From positions 693,223-757,222 of the forward strand of contig JAISVX010000003.1 of NCBI GenBank assembly GCA_031271345.1: a stretch of DNA of 64,000 nucleotides, in the 5' to 3' direction. Positions within the stretch are counted from its first letter, which is position 1. Every line of letters begins with the position of its first letter. A model generated the notes under the pieces. The model did not search any database. It was given only the letters and a program-made list of their open reading frames with translations, and was not told where the DNA came from. The stretch is from Lactobacillaceae bacterium. Its GTDB lineage: Bacteria > Pseudomonadota > Alphaproteobacteria > RF32 > CAG-239. Below, piece after piece: positions 20,676-29,496 of the stretch. The translations under genes were made by a program, and so were the position numbers.

Positions 20676-22073
20676 TTAAGAAACTTTAGATAATGGACTG
20701 TTTTCAAAAAACATGTCTATTATATCTTTTTTTACAAAATCTTTTTCCATATCATGCTCAAGCGTAAAATCAGTTGTTACTGAAATAGACTTATCCGCAT
20801 ATTTTTCAATCAGCGGCACAATCTCTTCGTATGGAAGATCGTCAGGATAGTTTATGCCTTTATTTCTGTTTTCAACCATATAGCTGACAGCTGAAACCGC
20901 CGGAACAGAAACCTGCAGAATTGTAGGAGTCTGACCAGGAAAATGCTTATTAATCCAATCTAATGTCAGACAGTTTCCAACCCATCTCGACTTAAACTTA
21001 TTGCCCATAATCAAAACGCCGACATATTCGGTGCCTTCGACAATGCCTTTTTTAACCAGCTGCATGTTTTTTGGCTCTTCATAGCCATTAAGAGCGGCTT
21101 TTCTTAATGATTCCATACCCAAATCACTCGCTCTATAGCAAAAATATACTGTCGGACGGTATCTTAACGAACCGTCAGGATTATATACTGACAAGCAATC
21201 GGAGATTGAAAAATCTTCTTCATGACCGACAATCATACCCAGATATTCGCCGCATGGCGCCCAGCCTTTTGAAAAACATCTGGTGCCTCTCTCATTTACT
21301 TCAACGGCTCCATACTCCGGGTCATATAATTTTAAATCCAGCTTGCCGCTGAGTTTTTCTGTCGTGCCAATTCGCGCCTCCGCAAAACAAGTACTCTCAT
21401 TATAAAATGTCAGAGCATTCCACGTACTGTAAAAAGTATCTGAAGAAATTGTATTTGGATCCATCATTTGATTATCTCTGTCGCTCGACTGGATTGTTCG
21501 AACTTCCAGATATTCGGCAAGCTCGCCCCATTTCTTCTCATCAAGAAACTTTTTCAGCTTTGTTTTATCCAAATCTGTTGTTCCATCAATAAGCTCTTGA
21601 GCAATATCGTGCAGACCAAGCTTGGCAAAATGAGAAACCGAACCGGGGTTTGCGCCGTGGTGGATTACTATTGTTGCGGCATCATCTGCGCAGTCTTTAA
21701 AAAACGCTTCATTTTTTATATAGTGTTCGTAAATATTGCTCCACTCATTGTGCGGCCATTCATTATCGCCGGTATTAAGATACATAATGCCATTTTCATA
21801 ACACCATTTAATAGTTTCTATACAGTCGACATCAGAACTAAAATCTAAAAGCAGTCCGCCTTTAGAAACATAAGGAGAAAAATATTCATTCTGTTTTCCG
21901 GGAAAAAGCTCCGCCTGAACATATTTATATTTTGTATCAAACGGTTTAGCGGTCTTATCAATTATAGTCAGCTTATTTTTATCGAAACTAATCTCTTTTT
22001 CCAATATAACCAACGCACTTTGTCCAACAGCTCCAAAGCCAAATAAAACGATGTCATTTTCAAAATTTTTCAT
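20676..22073 (-). CDS. homospermidine synthase-like (saccharopine-dehydrogenase fold, NAD-binding)
   Basis: N-terminal Rossmann VLFGFGAVGQ, ~465 aa, HHGANPGSVSHF segment; size and architecture match bacterial homospermidine synthase. Confidence 0.45.
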   Translation of the reverse strand: MKNFENDIVLFGFGAVGQSALVILEKEISFDKNKLTIIDKTAKPFDTKYKYVQAELFPGKQNEYFSPYVSKGGLLLDFSSDVDCIETIKWCYENGIMYLNTGDNEWPHNEWSNIYEHYIKNEAFFKDCADDAATIVIHHGANPGSVSHFAKLGLHDIAQELIDGTTDLDKTKLKKFLDEKKWGELAEYLEVRTIQSSDRDNQMMDPNTISSDTFYSTWNALTFYNESTCFAEARIGTTEKLSGKLDLKLYDPEYGAVEVNERGTRCFSKGWAPCGEYLGMIVGHEEDFSISDCLSVYNPDGSLRYRPTVYFCYRASDLGMESLRKAALNGYEEPKNMQLVKKGIVEGTEYVGVLIMGNKFKSRWVGNCLTLDWINKHFPGQTPTILQVSVPAVSAVSYMVENRNKGINYPDDLPYEEIVPLIEKYADKSISVTTDFTLEHDMEKDFVKKDIIDMFFENSPLSKVS

Positions 22074-22191
22074 ATTGAAAACCCCTTTCCATATTATTTC
22101 GAGCTTATGTCATTTCTGACTTTTTCTCCAATTAGCACAAATATTTACACGAAAAATAGTATACTCTTTTTTTAGCTTATTGCAATAAGTT

Positions 22192-23178
22192 TTACTTGTT
22201 TCTAAACTTCTTATGAGTTCTCTTTTCTACTGGAGCCGGTCTGTCAAACTTTCTGGTTTCGTTATCTCTGCCAGACGGCGCGCCTCTTGGTTTAAAGCTT
22301 CTCTCTTCGCCGTTTGAATCCCTTCTTGGTCTATCTGAAAAACTTTTTCTTTCGCCAAATTCTTTTCTTGGCTTGTCTGAAAATCTTCTTTCGCCTTTAT
22401 CTGCCGAGCCTTCTCTTGGCTTAAAACCTCTTCCTTCGCCTTTTGCTCCGTCTCTTCTTGGTTTATCCGAAAAATCCCTTCTTGGTTTAAAGCTTCGCTC
22501 TTCGCCATTTGAATCTCTTCTCGGTTTATCTGAAGAATCTCTTTTTGGTCTGTCGGAAAAGCCTCTTTTTCTATCTTCTCTTCCTGAAGGCTTTTCCGAA
22601 GGTTTTTCTCTTGATGTTTTTTTCTTATTAACGGAAAATCCAAAGCTGCCGAGTTTGCGACCCATTGTAAAATATTCTCCGTGAGAATAAACCAGCATTC
22701 CGGCTCTTTCCAAGTCCAATTTGCCGCTTTCATCAATATATTTATCATCAACATTAATTGCCAATATTTCTGCGATAAACATATCATGGCTTCCATATTT
22801 TTTTACTTCAATAACTTTACATTCTAAAGAAACCGGGCTTTGTTCAATTTGAGGAGCAGAAATTTTTCCGCATGGAAGAACCTTAAGCCCCGCGGTTTCT
22901 AACTTATCTTCTTTGCTTCCAGATTTTACTCCGCAATAGTCCGCGGCTTCCGCCAAAGCAAGAGTTGTCAAATTAATTACAAACTCGCCGCTTTTTGATA
23001 CCAGCTCGTGAGAATATCTTGAAGGACGTATTGAAACATACGTGATTGGCGGTTCGCTGTTAATAATGCCAGTCCAGGCGGCGGTCATAACATTCGGTTT
23101 TTCCATTGTTCCGCATGATACCATTACCGCTGGAAGCGGAGCGATTAAAGTTCCCGGCTTCCAAGAAATCTTTGTCAT
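22192..23178 (-). CDS. flavin-reductase-like (FMN-binding split-barrel) domain protein with C-terminal Arg/Asp/Ser-rich repetitive disordered tail
   Basis: N-terminal ~190 aa flavin reductase-like (LPAVMVSCGTMEKPNVMTAAW...); C-terminal ~135 aa of (K/R)PRRD / SDKPRRDSNGEERSFKPR repeats. Confidence 0.6.
   Translation of the reverse strand: MTKISWKPGTLIAPLPAVMVSCGTMEKPNVMTAAWTGIINSEPPITYVSIRPSRYSHELVSKSGEFVINLTTLALAEAADYCGVKSGSKEDKLETAGLKVLPCGKISAPQIEQSPVSLECKVIEVKKYGSHDMFIAEILAINVDDKYIDESGKLDLERAGMLVYSHGEYFTMGRKLGSFGFSVNKKKTSREKPSEKPSGREDRKRGFSDRPKRDSSDKPRRDSNGEERSFKPRRDFSDKPRRDGAKGEGRGFKPREGSADKGERRFSDKPRKEFGERKSFSDRPRRDSNGEERSFKPRGAPSGRDNETRKFDRPAPVEKRTHKKFRNK
22226..22640. repeat. intragenic imperfect direct repeats encoding the RD/S-rich tail (two ~60-nt units ~85% identical at ~22283-22343 and ~22479-22537, plus shorter related units)
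   Basis: Repeated cttcttggtttaaagcttc(t/g)ctcttcgcc(g/a)tttgaatc...ggt(c/t)tatctgaa strings visible in sequence; corresponds to duplicated RDSNGEERSFKPR peptide. Confidence 0.6.
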
Positions 23179-23308
23179 TTATTTTTCCTTTGCTAAAAAA
23201 TTTTTTCCCAATCTACAGCTTATATTATTATTTTGCAACAACCATCTCTTTCAGATTGTTTTTAGACGGCTATATTATGTTCTAAATAAATTAATTAAGG
23301 AAAATGCC

Positions 23309-24904
23309 ATGCGATTAAAAAACCTGCGGGAAATGAGCTTAACCACATTTACAATATTATATTCTTTGTTCATTTTAGCTTTTTACAATTTTTTATTTTT
23401 TTCAAAAGTTTTTAATATCTCGCAAAGCTTGCTTTTTACAATCGGAACATTTGTATCCGTTCTTTTCTTATTAATATTCTCCTGCAATTTGTTTTTTTGG
23501 AAATACACGGTTAAACCTTTGGCGATATTGCTTATCTTGATAAACTCCGGTGTCTTATACTTTATGGCAACTTATAAAGTTGTCGTTGATGCCGTCATGC
23601 TTCGAAACACTCTTGAAACCGACATCGCTGAAGTTGCTGATTTATTAAGTTTTAAGCTTTTCATTTACATATTTTTTCTGGGTCTTCTGCCTTCTTTTAT
23701 AATATATAAAACAAAAATAATTTTTCATAAGCCTTTAAAATCCATATTATACAAGCTGCGTAATCTTTTAATATCTCTTCTTCTTATAATTGCCATAGTC
23801 CTTCCTAACTACAAAAACGTTTCTCAATTTGTAAGAAACAACCAAAGCATTAAATACAGCTTAATTCCAGTAAACTATGCGGCTGGCGTCTTCGCCATTA
23901 TAAAAGCAAACATCAAAAAGAACAGAAAACTGGCAATAATAGGCGAAGATGCAAGAATCGCGCCTTATTGGCAAAATACCGATAAAAAGAACTTATTTGT
24001 TTTTGTCGTCGGAGAAACCGCAAGAGCGAAAAACTTTTCTTTTGGCGGGTATGACAGGAACACAAATGAGCCTTTAGAAAAATATTCGTCAGACATTTTG
24101 TACTTTTCCGACGTCGATGCCTGTGGAACATCTACGGCGGTATCCGTGCCTTGCATGTTCTCTAAATATGAGCGAAAAAAATTCAAAAACAGCGTTGAAT
24201 TCTCCGAAAACTTTTTAGATGTAATGTCAAAAGCAGGCTACAAGGCAATCTGGCTTGAAAACAACAGCGGCTGCAAAGGAAACTGCAGAAGAATTGAGAC
24301 TATTGAAGTTTGCAATCACACGGCTTCCTGCCCTGACGAAAAAATGGTCGAGATGTTTTCCGACAGAATCAAAGATTTGGATACTGACGCCTTTGTTGTT
24401 CTTCACCAGCTGGGAAGCCACGGACCGACATATTACAAACGCTATCCCGAAAATTTTGAAAAATATAAACCGGCGTGCAGAACCGAGCTTTTAAACGAAT
24501 GCTCAAGAGAAGAAGTGGTCAATGTTTATGACAACACAATATACTATACAAGCCATACGCTTGCCCAGACAATTGAAGAATTAGAAAAAGTTTCAGACAA
24601 GTTCAATACGGTTTTGATTTATGTTTCCGACCATGGAGAATCTCTTGGCGAAAAAGGCTTGTACCTTCACGGCGCTCCATACATGATTGCTCCCGAAGAA
24701 CAGACAAAAGTTCCTTTATTTATTTGGATGAGCGATGAAACCTCAAACAATTTGAATATTGATAAAAACTGCCTGAAAGAAAAATTAAACAAGCCCCATT
24801 CGCATGACAACCTTTTCCACACAATGCTGGGGCTTACAGGTATCGAAACCAAAGAACGCCTGAACAGCTTAAATATTTTTGAAGGATGTATAAAACATGA
24901 CTAA
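23309..24904 (+). CDS. eptA: lipid A phosphoethanolamine transferase (EptA/PmrC family)
   Basis: Five N-terminal TM helices then sulfatase-like domain with FVVGETARAKNFSFGGYDR...CGTSTAVSVPCMFS, near-identical to EptA active-site region; start set at MRLKNLRE (23309) rather than track 23042. Confidence 0.85.
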   Translation: MRLKNLREMSLTTFTILYSLFILAFYNFLFFSKVFNISQSLLFTIGTFVSVLFLLIFSCNLFFWKYTVKPLAILLILINSGVLYFMATYKVVVDAVMLRNTLETDIAEVADLLSFKLFIYIFFLGLLPSFIIYKTKIIFHKPLKSILYKLRNLLISLLLIIAIVLPNYKNVSQFVRNNQSIKYSLIPVNYAAGVFAIIKANIKKNRKLAIIGEDARIAPYWQNTDKKNLFVFVVGETARAKNFSFGGYDRNTNEPLEKYSSDILYFSDVDACGTSTAVSVPCMFSKYERKKFKNSVEFSENFLDVMSKAGYKAIWLENNSGCKGNCRRIETIEVCNHTASCPDEKMVEMFSDRIKDLDTDAFVVLHQLGSHGPTYYKRYPENFEKYKPACRTELLNECSREEVVNVYDNTIYYTSHTLAQTIEELEKVSDKFNTVLIYVSDHGESLGEKGLYLHGAPYMIAPEEQTKVPLFIWMSDETSNNLNIDKNCLKEKLNKPHSHDNLFHTMLGLTGIETKERLNSLNIFEGCIKHD

Positions 24905-25511
24905 AAAAATTATAGATAAAAAATATAAAAAAGAACTTAAAAGAAAGCTTCTTCATCTAAGCTCCCTGTGGATACCAGTTTTTATATATCTCTTTCCCAA
25001 AAATATCTGCATAGCAGTTTTAGGCGCGCTGCTTCTCGGCAATATTATAATTGAATATCTAAACTACAAAAAGAACCCGGTTACCAGAAAATATTTGGGA
25101 TTTGTATTTTTGAAGCTGTCAAGAAGCTTTGAGCTAAAGAAAAATCAAATAAGGTTCAGCGGCTCGGTTTTTGTTTTGCTGGCATCATTATTCGCCGTAA
25201 TTTTCTTCTATCAAAATGTCGCGATAATCTCAATAACCATAATGCTGATATCCGACACCGTGGCTGCTCTGTGGGGAAGAGCTTTTGGAAAAATAAAAAT
25301 TTTTGATGGAAAATCCGTCGAAGGCAGTCTGGCATTTTTTACCAGCGCAATTATCACAAGCATAGTTCTTGATAATTTGCTTCCATTCAACTATTCTATT
25401 GTCATTGCCTGCATCACCGCAACTTTTTTTGAAATATACAGCAAAAAGCTTCGGCTTGATGACAACCTCGCAATAACCATGAGCTTGGGAACAATGCTCA
25501 CTATTTTATAA
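24897..25511 (+). CDS. CdsA-superfamily small membrane protein, dolichol/phytol kinase / Dgk1-like putative CTP-dependent lipid kinase
   Basis: ~5 TM; ISDTVAALWGRAFGKIKIFDGKSVEGSLAFF matches dolichol-kinase/phytol-kinase/Dgk1 C-terminal motif but lacks the CdsA PGHGG motif; overlaps eptA stop by 8 nt. Confidence 0.5.
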   Translation: MTKKIIDKKYKKELKRKLLHLSSLWIPVFIYLFPKNICIAVLGALLLGNIIIEYLNYKKNPVTRKYLGFVFLKLSRSFELKKNQIRFSGSVFVLLASLFAVIFFYQNVAIISITIMLISDTVAALWGRAFGKIKIFDGKSVEGSLAFFTSAIITSIVLDNLLPFNYSIVIACITATFFEIYSKKLRLDDNLAITMSLGTMLTIL

Positions 25512-25521
25512 GAGACTTAAT

Positions 25522-26223
25522 ATGAAGATTTTACTAGTTGAAGATGATGAAAAACTTGGAAGCGTAATAGTAAAAGTATTGCAGACTTATGGTTATGACG
25601 TTGACTGGGCAAAAGAAAGCGCAGAGTGTTTAGAATATGTGGAATACAACAGCGAAAACACTTATGACGTAATACTCCTCGACTGGATGCTGCCTGGCAA
25701 AAACGGGGATATAATATGCAAAGAACTGCGGGAACCGCAAAAATACAATTTTAATAACGGTATTATCTTTTTGACGGCAAAAGACGCAATGGACAACATC
25801 GTCAAAGGCTTGGACATCGGAGCGGATGATTATATTGTAAAACCTTTTGAAAACTCCGAGCTTATTGCCCGCATAAAATCTGTAAACAGACGCAAAAGCA
25901 GAACATATATCGGAGAGACCGCCAAAGTTGGAAATATAACGATAAACAGGCTTGAGCAAACAATCACGACAGGAGATAAAACAGGCAAACTCAGTAAAAA
26001 TGAGTTTCATCTTTTTGATTTATTTGCTAAAAGTCTGAATAAAGTAATTTCAAGAGATGTGATAATGGAAAGCGTTTGGGGAATAAATGAAGAAATTTCA
26101 CAGGCAAATATCGACAGTTTCATATATTTGCTCAGAAAGAAATTAAAAAGCATTAATGCGAATCTCTCAATCACCCTATACAAATCAATCGGCTATAAAC
26201 TGGAAATTAAGAATGATAAATAA
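25522..26223 (+). CDS. OmpR-family response regulator (PmrA/BasR-like position)
   Basis: REC (LLVEDDEKL...LLDWMLPGKNGD...LTAKDAMDNIVKGLDIGADDYIVKPF) plus winged helix. Confidence 0.85.
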   Translation: MKILLVEDDEKLGSVIVKVLQTYGYDVDWAKESAECLEYVEYNSENTYDVILLDWMLPGKNGDIICKELREPQKYNFNNGIIFLTAKDAMDNIVKGLDIGADDYIVKPFENSELIARIKSVNRRKSRTYIGETAKVGNITINRLEQTITTGDKTGKLSKNEFHLFDLFAKSLNKVISRDVIMESVWGINEEISQANIDSFIYLLRKKLKSINANLSITLYKSIGYKLEIKNDK

Positions 26224-27490
26224 AATTAAGCAAAAACTGGTATGGAAATATACGTTTGTAATGCTTTTTATGCTTATGATTGTTTTTGTCGGCAACTTTT
26301 TTTTAATTAACCATATAATAATGGAAAGAAGAACATCTTCTATCGAAAAATATTTAATTGAAGAAGTTGACGAAGCCGTTCCAGTATTTCTTCAATATAG
26401 AACAAACCCCGATTTAGAGCCTATCATCCACATGATTGACAACGACAATGAAAACGCGATTAACAATTTTGTTTACTGGATTGATAATAACGGCAGACTG
26501 ATTATGTCATCCGGGCTAAGCAGCAAAATGACAAAAGAAAAGCTTATATTGATGAACAGCTGGAACCACCCCAATAAAGCGCTGGTCAACATAAACATCA
26601 CGGATGAAGACGGAGATACCTGGAATCTGGTCATGACGGCTGATGACGCTTATTATAACGGCGAATTTTTAGGAAAAGTCTTTGTCGGAAAAAACATAAC
26701 CATACTGCAGATTATTCAAGATAAATACCTTAGTTTTATATCTGTTTTAATAATAATCATGATGGGGGTTACATTTATTTTTGCCGATAGAATGGCTGGA
26801 AGAGCCATGATTCCGATAATAGAATCGTTTGACAAACAAAACAAGTTTGTTGCCGACGCGAGCCACGAGATGAGAACGCCTTTAAGCGTTATGCTGTCTT
26901 CTATTGATTTAATAAAAACATCGTCAAAAGACAGCGTTGAGCTTAAAGAAGGAATAAAAACAGAGATTCTCAATATGCGGAGTTTAGTAAACGAGCTGCT
27001 TGACTTAGCCAGATTCGATATAAACAACAGCCACATCAGATATAAACCGTTCAACCTGAACGACGCTGTAAAAGACGTTATAAAAAGCATAAGCGTCATG
27101 GCAAAAAATAAAGACATAAAAATTCATAACAACGGCAAAGATATAACCATAAACGCCGATGAGAAAAAAATTAAGCAGGTGATATACATCCTTTTAGACA
27201 ACGCAATAAAATACAGCGACGACAACAAAAATATATACGTCGCGCTTGAAGAGGATAAAACCGGCGTTTTATTTAAGATAAAAGATGAAGGCATCGGAAT
27301 CCCCAAAGACGAGCAATCATTAGTTTTTGACCGCTTTTACAGAGTAAACAAAGCAAGATCCCGCTCTATTGGCGGTTCTGGGCTTGGCTTGGCGATAGCT
27401 GCCGAGATAATAAAGCTCCATAACAGCGCAATCTCCGTCGAGAGCGATGAAAAATCCGGCTCTGAATTTTCCTTTAAATTAAAAAAATAA
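26213..27490 (+). CDS. sensor histidine kinase (PmrB/BasS-like position)
   Basis: Two TMs flanking ~150-aa periplasmic domain, H-box ADASHEMRTPL, N/G boxes (LLDNAIKYS, GGSGLGLAIA); start overlaps RR end by 11 nt. Confidence 0.8.
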   Translation: MINKIKQKLVWKYTFVMLFMLMIVFVGNFFLINHIIMERRTSSIEKYLIEEVDEAVPVFLQYRTNPDLEPIIHMIDNDNENAINNFVYWIDNNGRLIMSSGLSSKMTKEKLILMNSWNHPNKALVNINITDEDGDTWNLVMTADDAYYNGEFLGKVFVGKNITILQIIQDKYLSFISVLIIIMMGVTFIFADRMAGRAMIPIIESFDKQNKFVADASHEMRTPLSVMLSSIDLIKTSSKDSVELKEGIKTEILNMRSLVNELLDLARFDINNSHIRYKPFNLNDAVKDVIKSISVMAKNKDIKIHNNGKDITINADEKKIKQVIYILLDNAIKYSDDNKNIYVALEEDKTGVLFKIKDEGIGIPKDEQSLVFDRFYRVNKARSRSIGGSGLGLAIAAEIIKLHNSAISVESDEKSGSEFSFKLKK

Positions 27491-27570
27491 GTCTTTGTAC
27501 AAAAAGCTCTGGACTTTTTGTCGATAATTTATTATCTTCATATAAAGTTATATGAACTACAGGGAAACTT

Positions 27571-28464
27571 ATGACAAATAAAACATTCGCCAAAGGTCCA
27601 AGGATTTTTACCCGCCACAACATGATAGTGTTTGCTGCCATGGCTGTTTCTATTGCGTCTGACGTTCCCGATCCTCCCGATAATAACGAACCGCTTTTGG
27701 TAAAAGACGAGCTTACCTTAAGCTCTATCGCAAACAAACCAAGCTCGGGAGCAAGCAGAGGAACCGCGGGCGGCGACAATTCTTTTCTTAAAGAGGGAAA
27801 GAAGCTTGAATATGAAAGCGGCGATTTATTAGACAGCATGCTAACAGCGAAAGTACCGTTAAGACAAACCGCGCAGTTTTTCATAAACTATAAAAACAAT
27901 CTCGACGAAGAAGGAAAAATTACCAGCAACGCTTTTGCGCAAGCGGCAAAAGACGCTAAAATTACAAGTCCGCAGTTTAAGCTGATGGTTGAGGCATTAA
28001 GAGATATTACAAGAACCAAAAAACTCGACATCGTATCAAAGGCTGATGTCAACGGGTATGATTATTTTGATAATCTGGTCGATTTTCGTATTGATGACAA
28101 AGGCGAGCCAAGATTTACAACTCAGGTTACAATAAACAATATTGCGGAATATTCAAAAGATATTGAGACCATAAATAAAGCCATTCAAAAAACCAGAAAA
28201 TTTAAAACTGACAACATAAATTTTGAAGCCCACAATTTGATAATAAAAGCTTTTGTCTGTGCAAAAATGCGCAAAATAATTGACGATGGAAGAGATACTC
28301 CAAATTCTGATAAGCTGTTTAAAAATTTTGAACAAGACCTAAAGGATTATAAACTGACTTTAGGTGAAAACGGAAAACTCCAAAGACGCACGGAAACGAT
28401 TAAGCTTAATCCAGCAATACAAAAAATGTGGTCGTTAAGAAACAGCTACCGCGCCGCCGGATAA
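27571..28464 (+). CDS. hypothetical protein (possible secreted/effector-like)
   Basis: 297 aa, no recognizable motif; possible signal-like stretch MIVFAAMAVSIASD; 3' end overlaps convergent gene by 19 nt. Confidence 0.4.
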   Translation: MTNKTFAKGPRIFTRHNMIVFAAMAVSIASDVPDPPDNNEPLLVKDELTLSSIANKPSSGASRGTAGGDNSFLKEGKKLEYESGDLLDSMLTAKVPLRQTAQFFINYKNNLDEEGKITSNAFAQAAKDAKITSPQFKLMVEALRDITRTKKLDIVSKADVNGYDYFDNLVDFRIDDKGEPRFTTQVTINNIAEYSKDIETINKAIQKTRKFKTDNINFEAHNLIIKAFVCAKMRKIIDDGRDTPNSDKLFKNFEQDLKDYKLTLGENGKLQRRTETIKLNPAIQKMWSLRNSYRAAG

Positions 28465-29303
28465 CCCGAACCCCAGCTCTTTTTACATGGAAATTTATCC
28501 GTATAAGCGTTTATCATCGCTTCATAATATCTTTTCGAGCCTTCTTCATCCCGGTGTTCTTCAAGGTATTTCGTAATATAGTCGGAAAGAACATCTAAAA
28601 ATACAATAAAGCTTTTTCTTTCCGCTTCCGTCACATTATTAAAATCTTTGATATTGGTACAAATCAACCCCTCATTTACCAGTAGTTGAAGAACATCAAG
28701 GTTTGACTTTATATACTGATTATAATATGCGCGTTCTTTGCTTGAGGGTTTCACCGGCCAGAAAAACCATGATATGACGTTTTCAGGAACAGGATCCAAA
28801 TAAGCGACATATTTATTGTAGTTTCTTGATTTTTTATGAATCCTTATGGCGTTTTCTATACCCATTTTTGACGAAATATCAAAAGACGTATCAATTTGAG
28901 CTTTAATTCTTATGCCGATAAAAACCGCTAAAAATATCATTATAAAAAAACTAAACTTTTCCGCAAAATCCAAACTATGAGAATAATCTGATTTTTCCGC
29001 TCTTGCTCTTCTTCTGAGATTATCTCTCAGATAAAGAACATCCTCTCTCCATCTTTCGTTTAAGTTGTTTAAAAGAAACCTCATATCAGCATCTATTTTA
29101 TCGGTTAAATCAGCAAAAGACTTTTTCGACCTTGTTCCGCCTTTAATATATTGATAAACAAAATCATTCACATCCGCGGCGAGTTCATTAATATATTCCT
29201 GATCTTCGGTTTCGCTGGTTTTTTCTTTATTTCTTATAACCTTAATCTTTTTTAAAACTTCCATATATTTTCTAAAAGCGCTTGGTTTTTCACTTATCTG
29301 CAT
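28446..29303 (-). CDS. hypothetical membrane protein (single central TM)
   Basis: 285 aa, charged N- and C-terminal halves separated by FSFFIMIFLAVFIGIRI TM; no recognizable motif. Confidence 0.4.
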   Translation of the reverse strand: MQISEKPSAFRKYMEVLKKIKVIRNKEKTSETEDQEYINELAADVNDFVYQYIKGGTRSKKSFADLTDKIDADMRFLLNNLNERWREDVLYLRDNLRRRARAEKSDYSHSLDFAEKFSFFIMIFLAVFIGIRIKAQIDTSFDISSKMGIENAIRIHKKSRNYNKYVAYLDPVPENVISWFFWPVKPSSKERAYYNQYIKSNLDVLQLLVNEGLICTNIKDFNNVTEAERKSFIVFLDVLSDYITKYLEEHRDEEGSKRYYEAMINAYTDKFPCKKSWGSGYPAAR

Positions 29304-29370
29304 AGAAAAACTCCATATAAAAAAATATCATTAAGCTATTATAACTAGAAAAGGCTTTAAAAACTATCAA

Positions 29371-29402
29371 TAAAATAAAAAAACCTCTGATTTCTCAGAG
29401 GG
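29371..29402 (-). terminator. rho-independent terminator downstream of tRNA-Leu (minus strand)
   Basis: CCTCTGA-tttc-TCAGAGG hairpin; on minus strand followed by TTTTTTTATTTTA. Confidence 0.55.
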
Positions 29403-29409
29403 TTTTTAA

Positions 29410-29496
29410 TGGTGCGGTAGGCCGGACTTGAACCGGCACGTCCTTGCGAACAACAGATTTTAAGTCTGCAGCGTCTACCTATTCCGCCACAACCGC
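29410..29496 (-). tRNA. tRNA-Leu (anticodon UAA), 87 nt with long variable arm and encoded CCA
   Basis: Reverse complement reads GCGGTTG-TGGCGGAATAGGTAGACGC-TGCAGACTTAAAATCTG...GGTTCAAGTCCGGCCTACCGCACCA: D-arm like E. coli tRNA-Leu, anticodon loop CT-TAA-AA, T-loop GGTTCAAGTCC, acceptor stem 6/7 paired. Confidence 0.8.

Noticed and set aside
22227-22796. 189-aa minus-strand ORF in an alternate frame across the RD-rich repeat region
   Set aside because: Lies entirely inside the flavin-reductase/RD-tail gene; an artefact of the repetitive purine-rich DNA. Its K/E/Q-rich product is just the frame-shifted reading of the same repeats.
23042-23308. Track-extended N-terminus of eptA overlapping the flavin-reductase gene
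   Set aside because: EptA TM domain and homology start at MRLKNLRE (23309); the extension overlaps a convergent/divergent CDS and has no membrane-protein character consistent with EptA.
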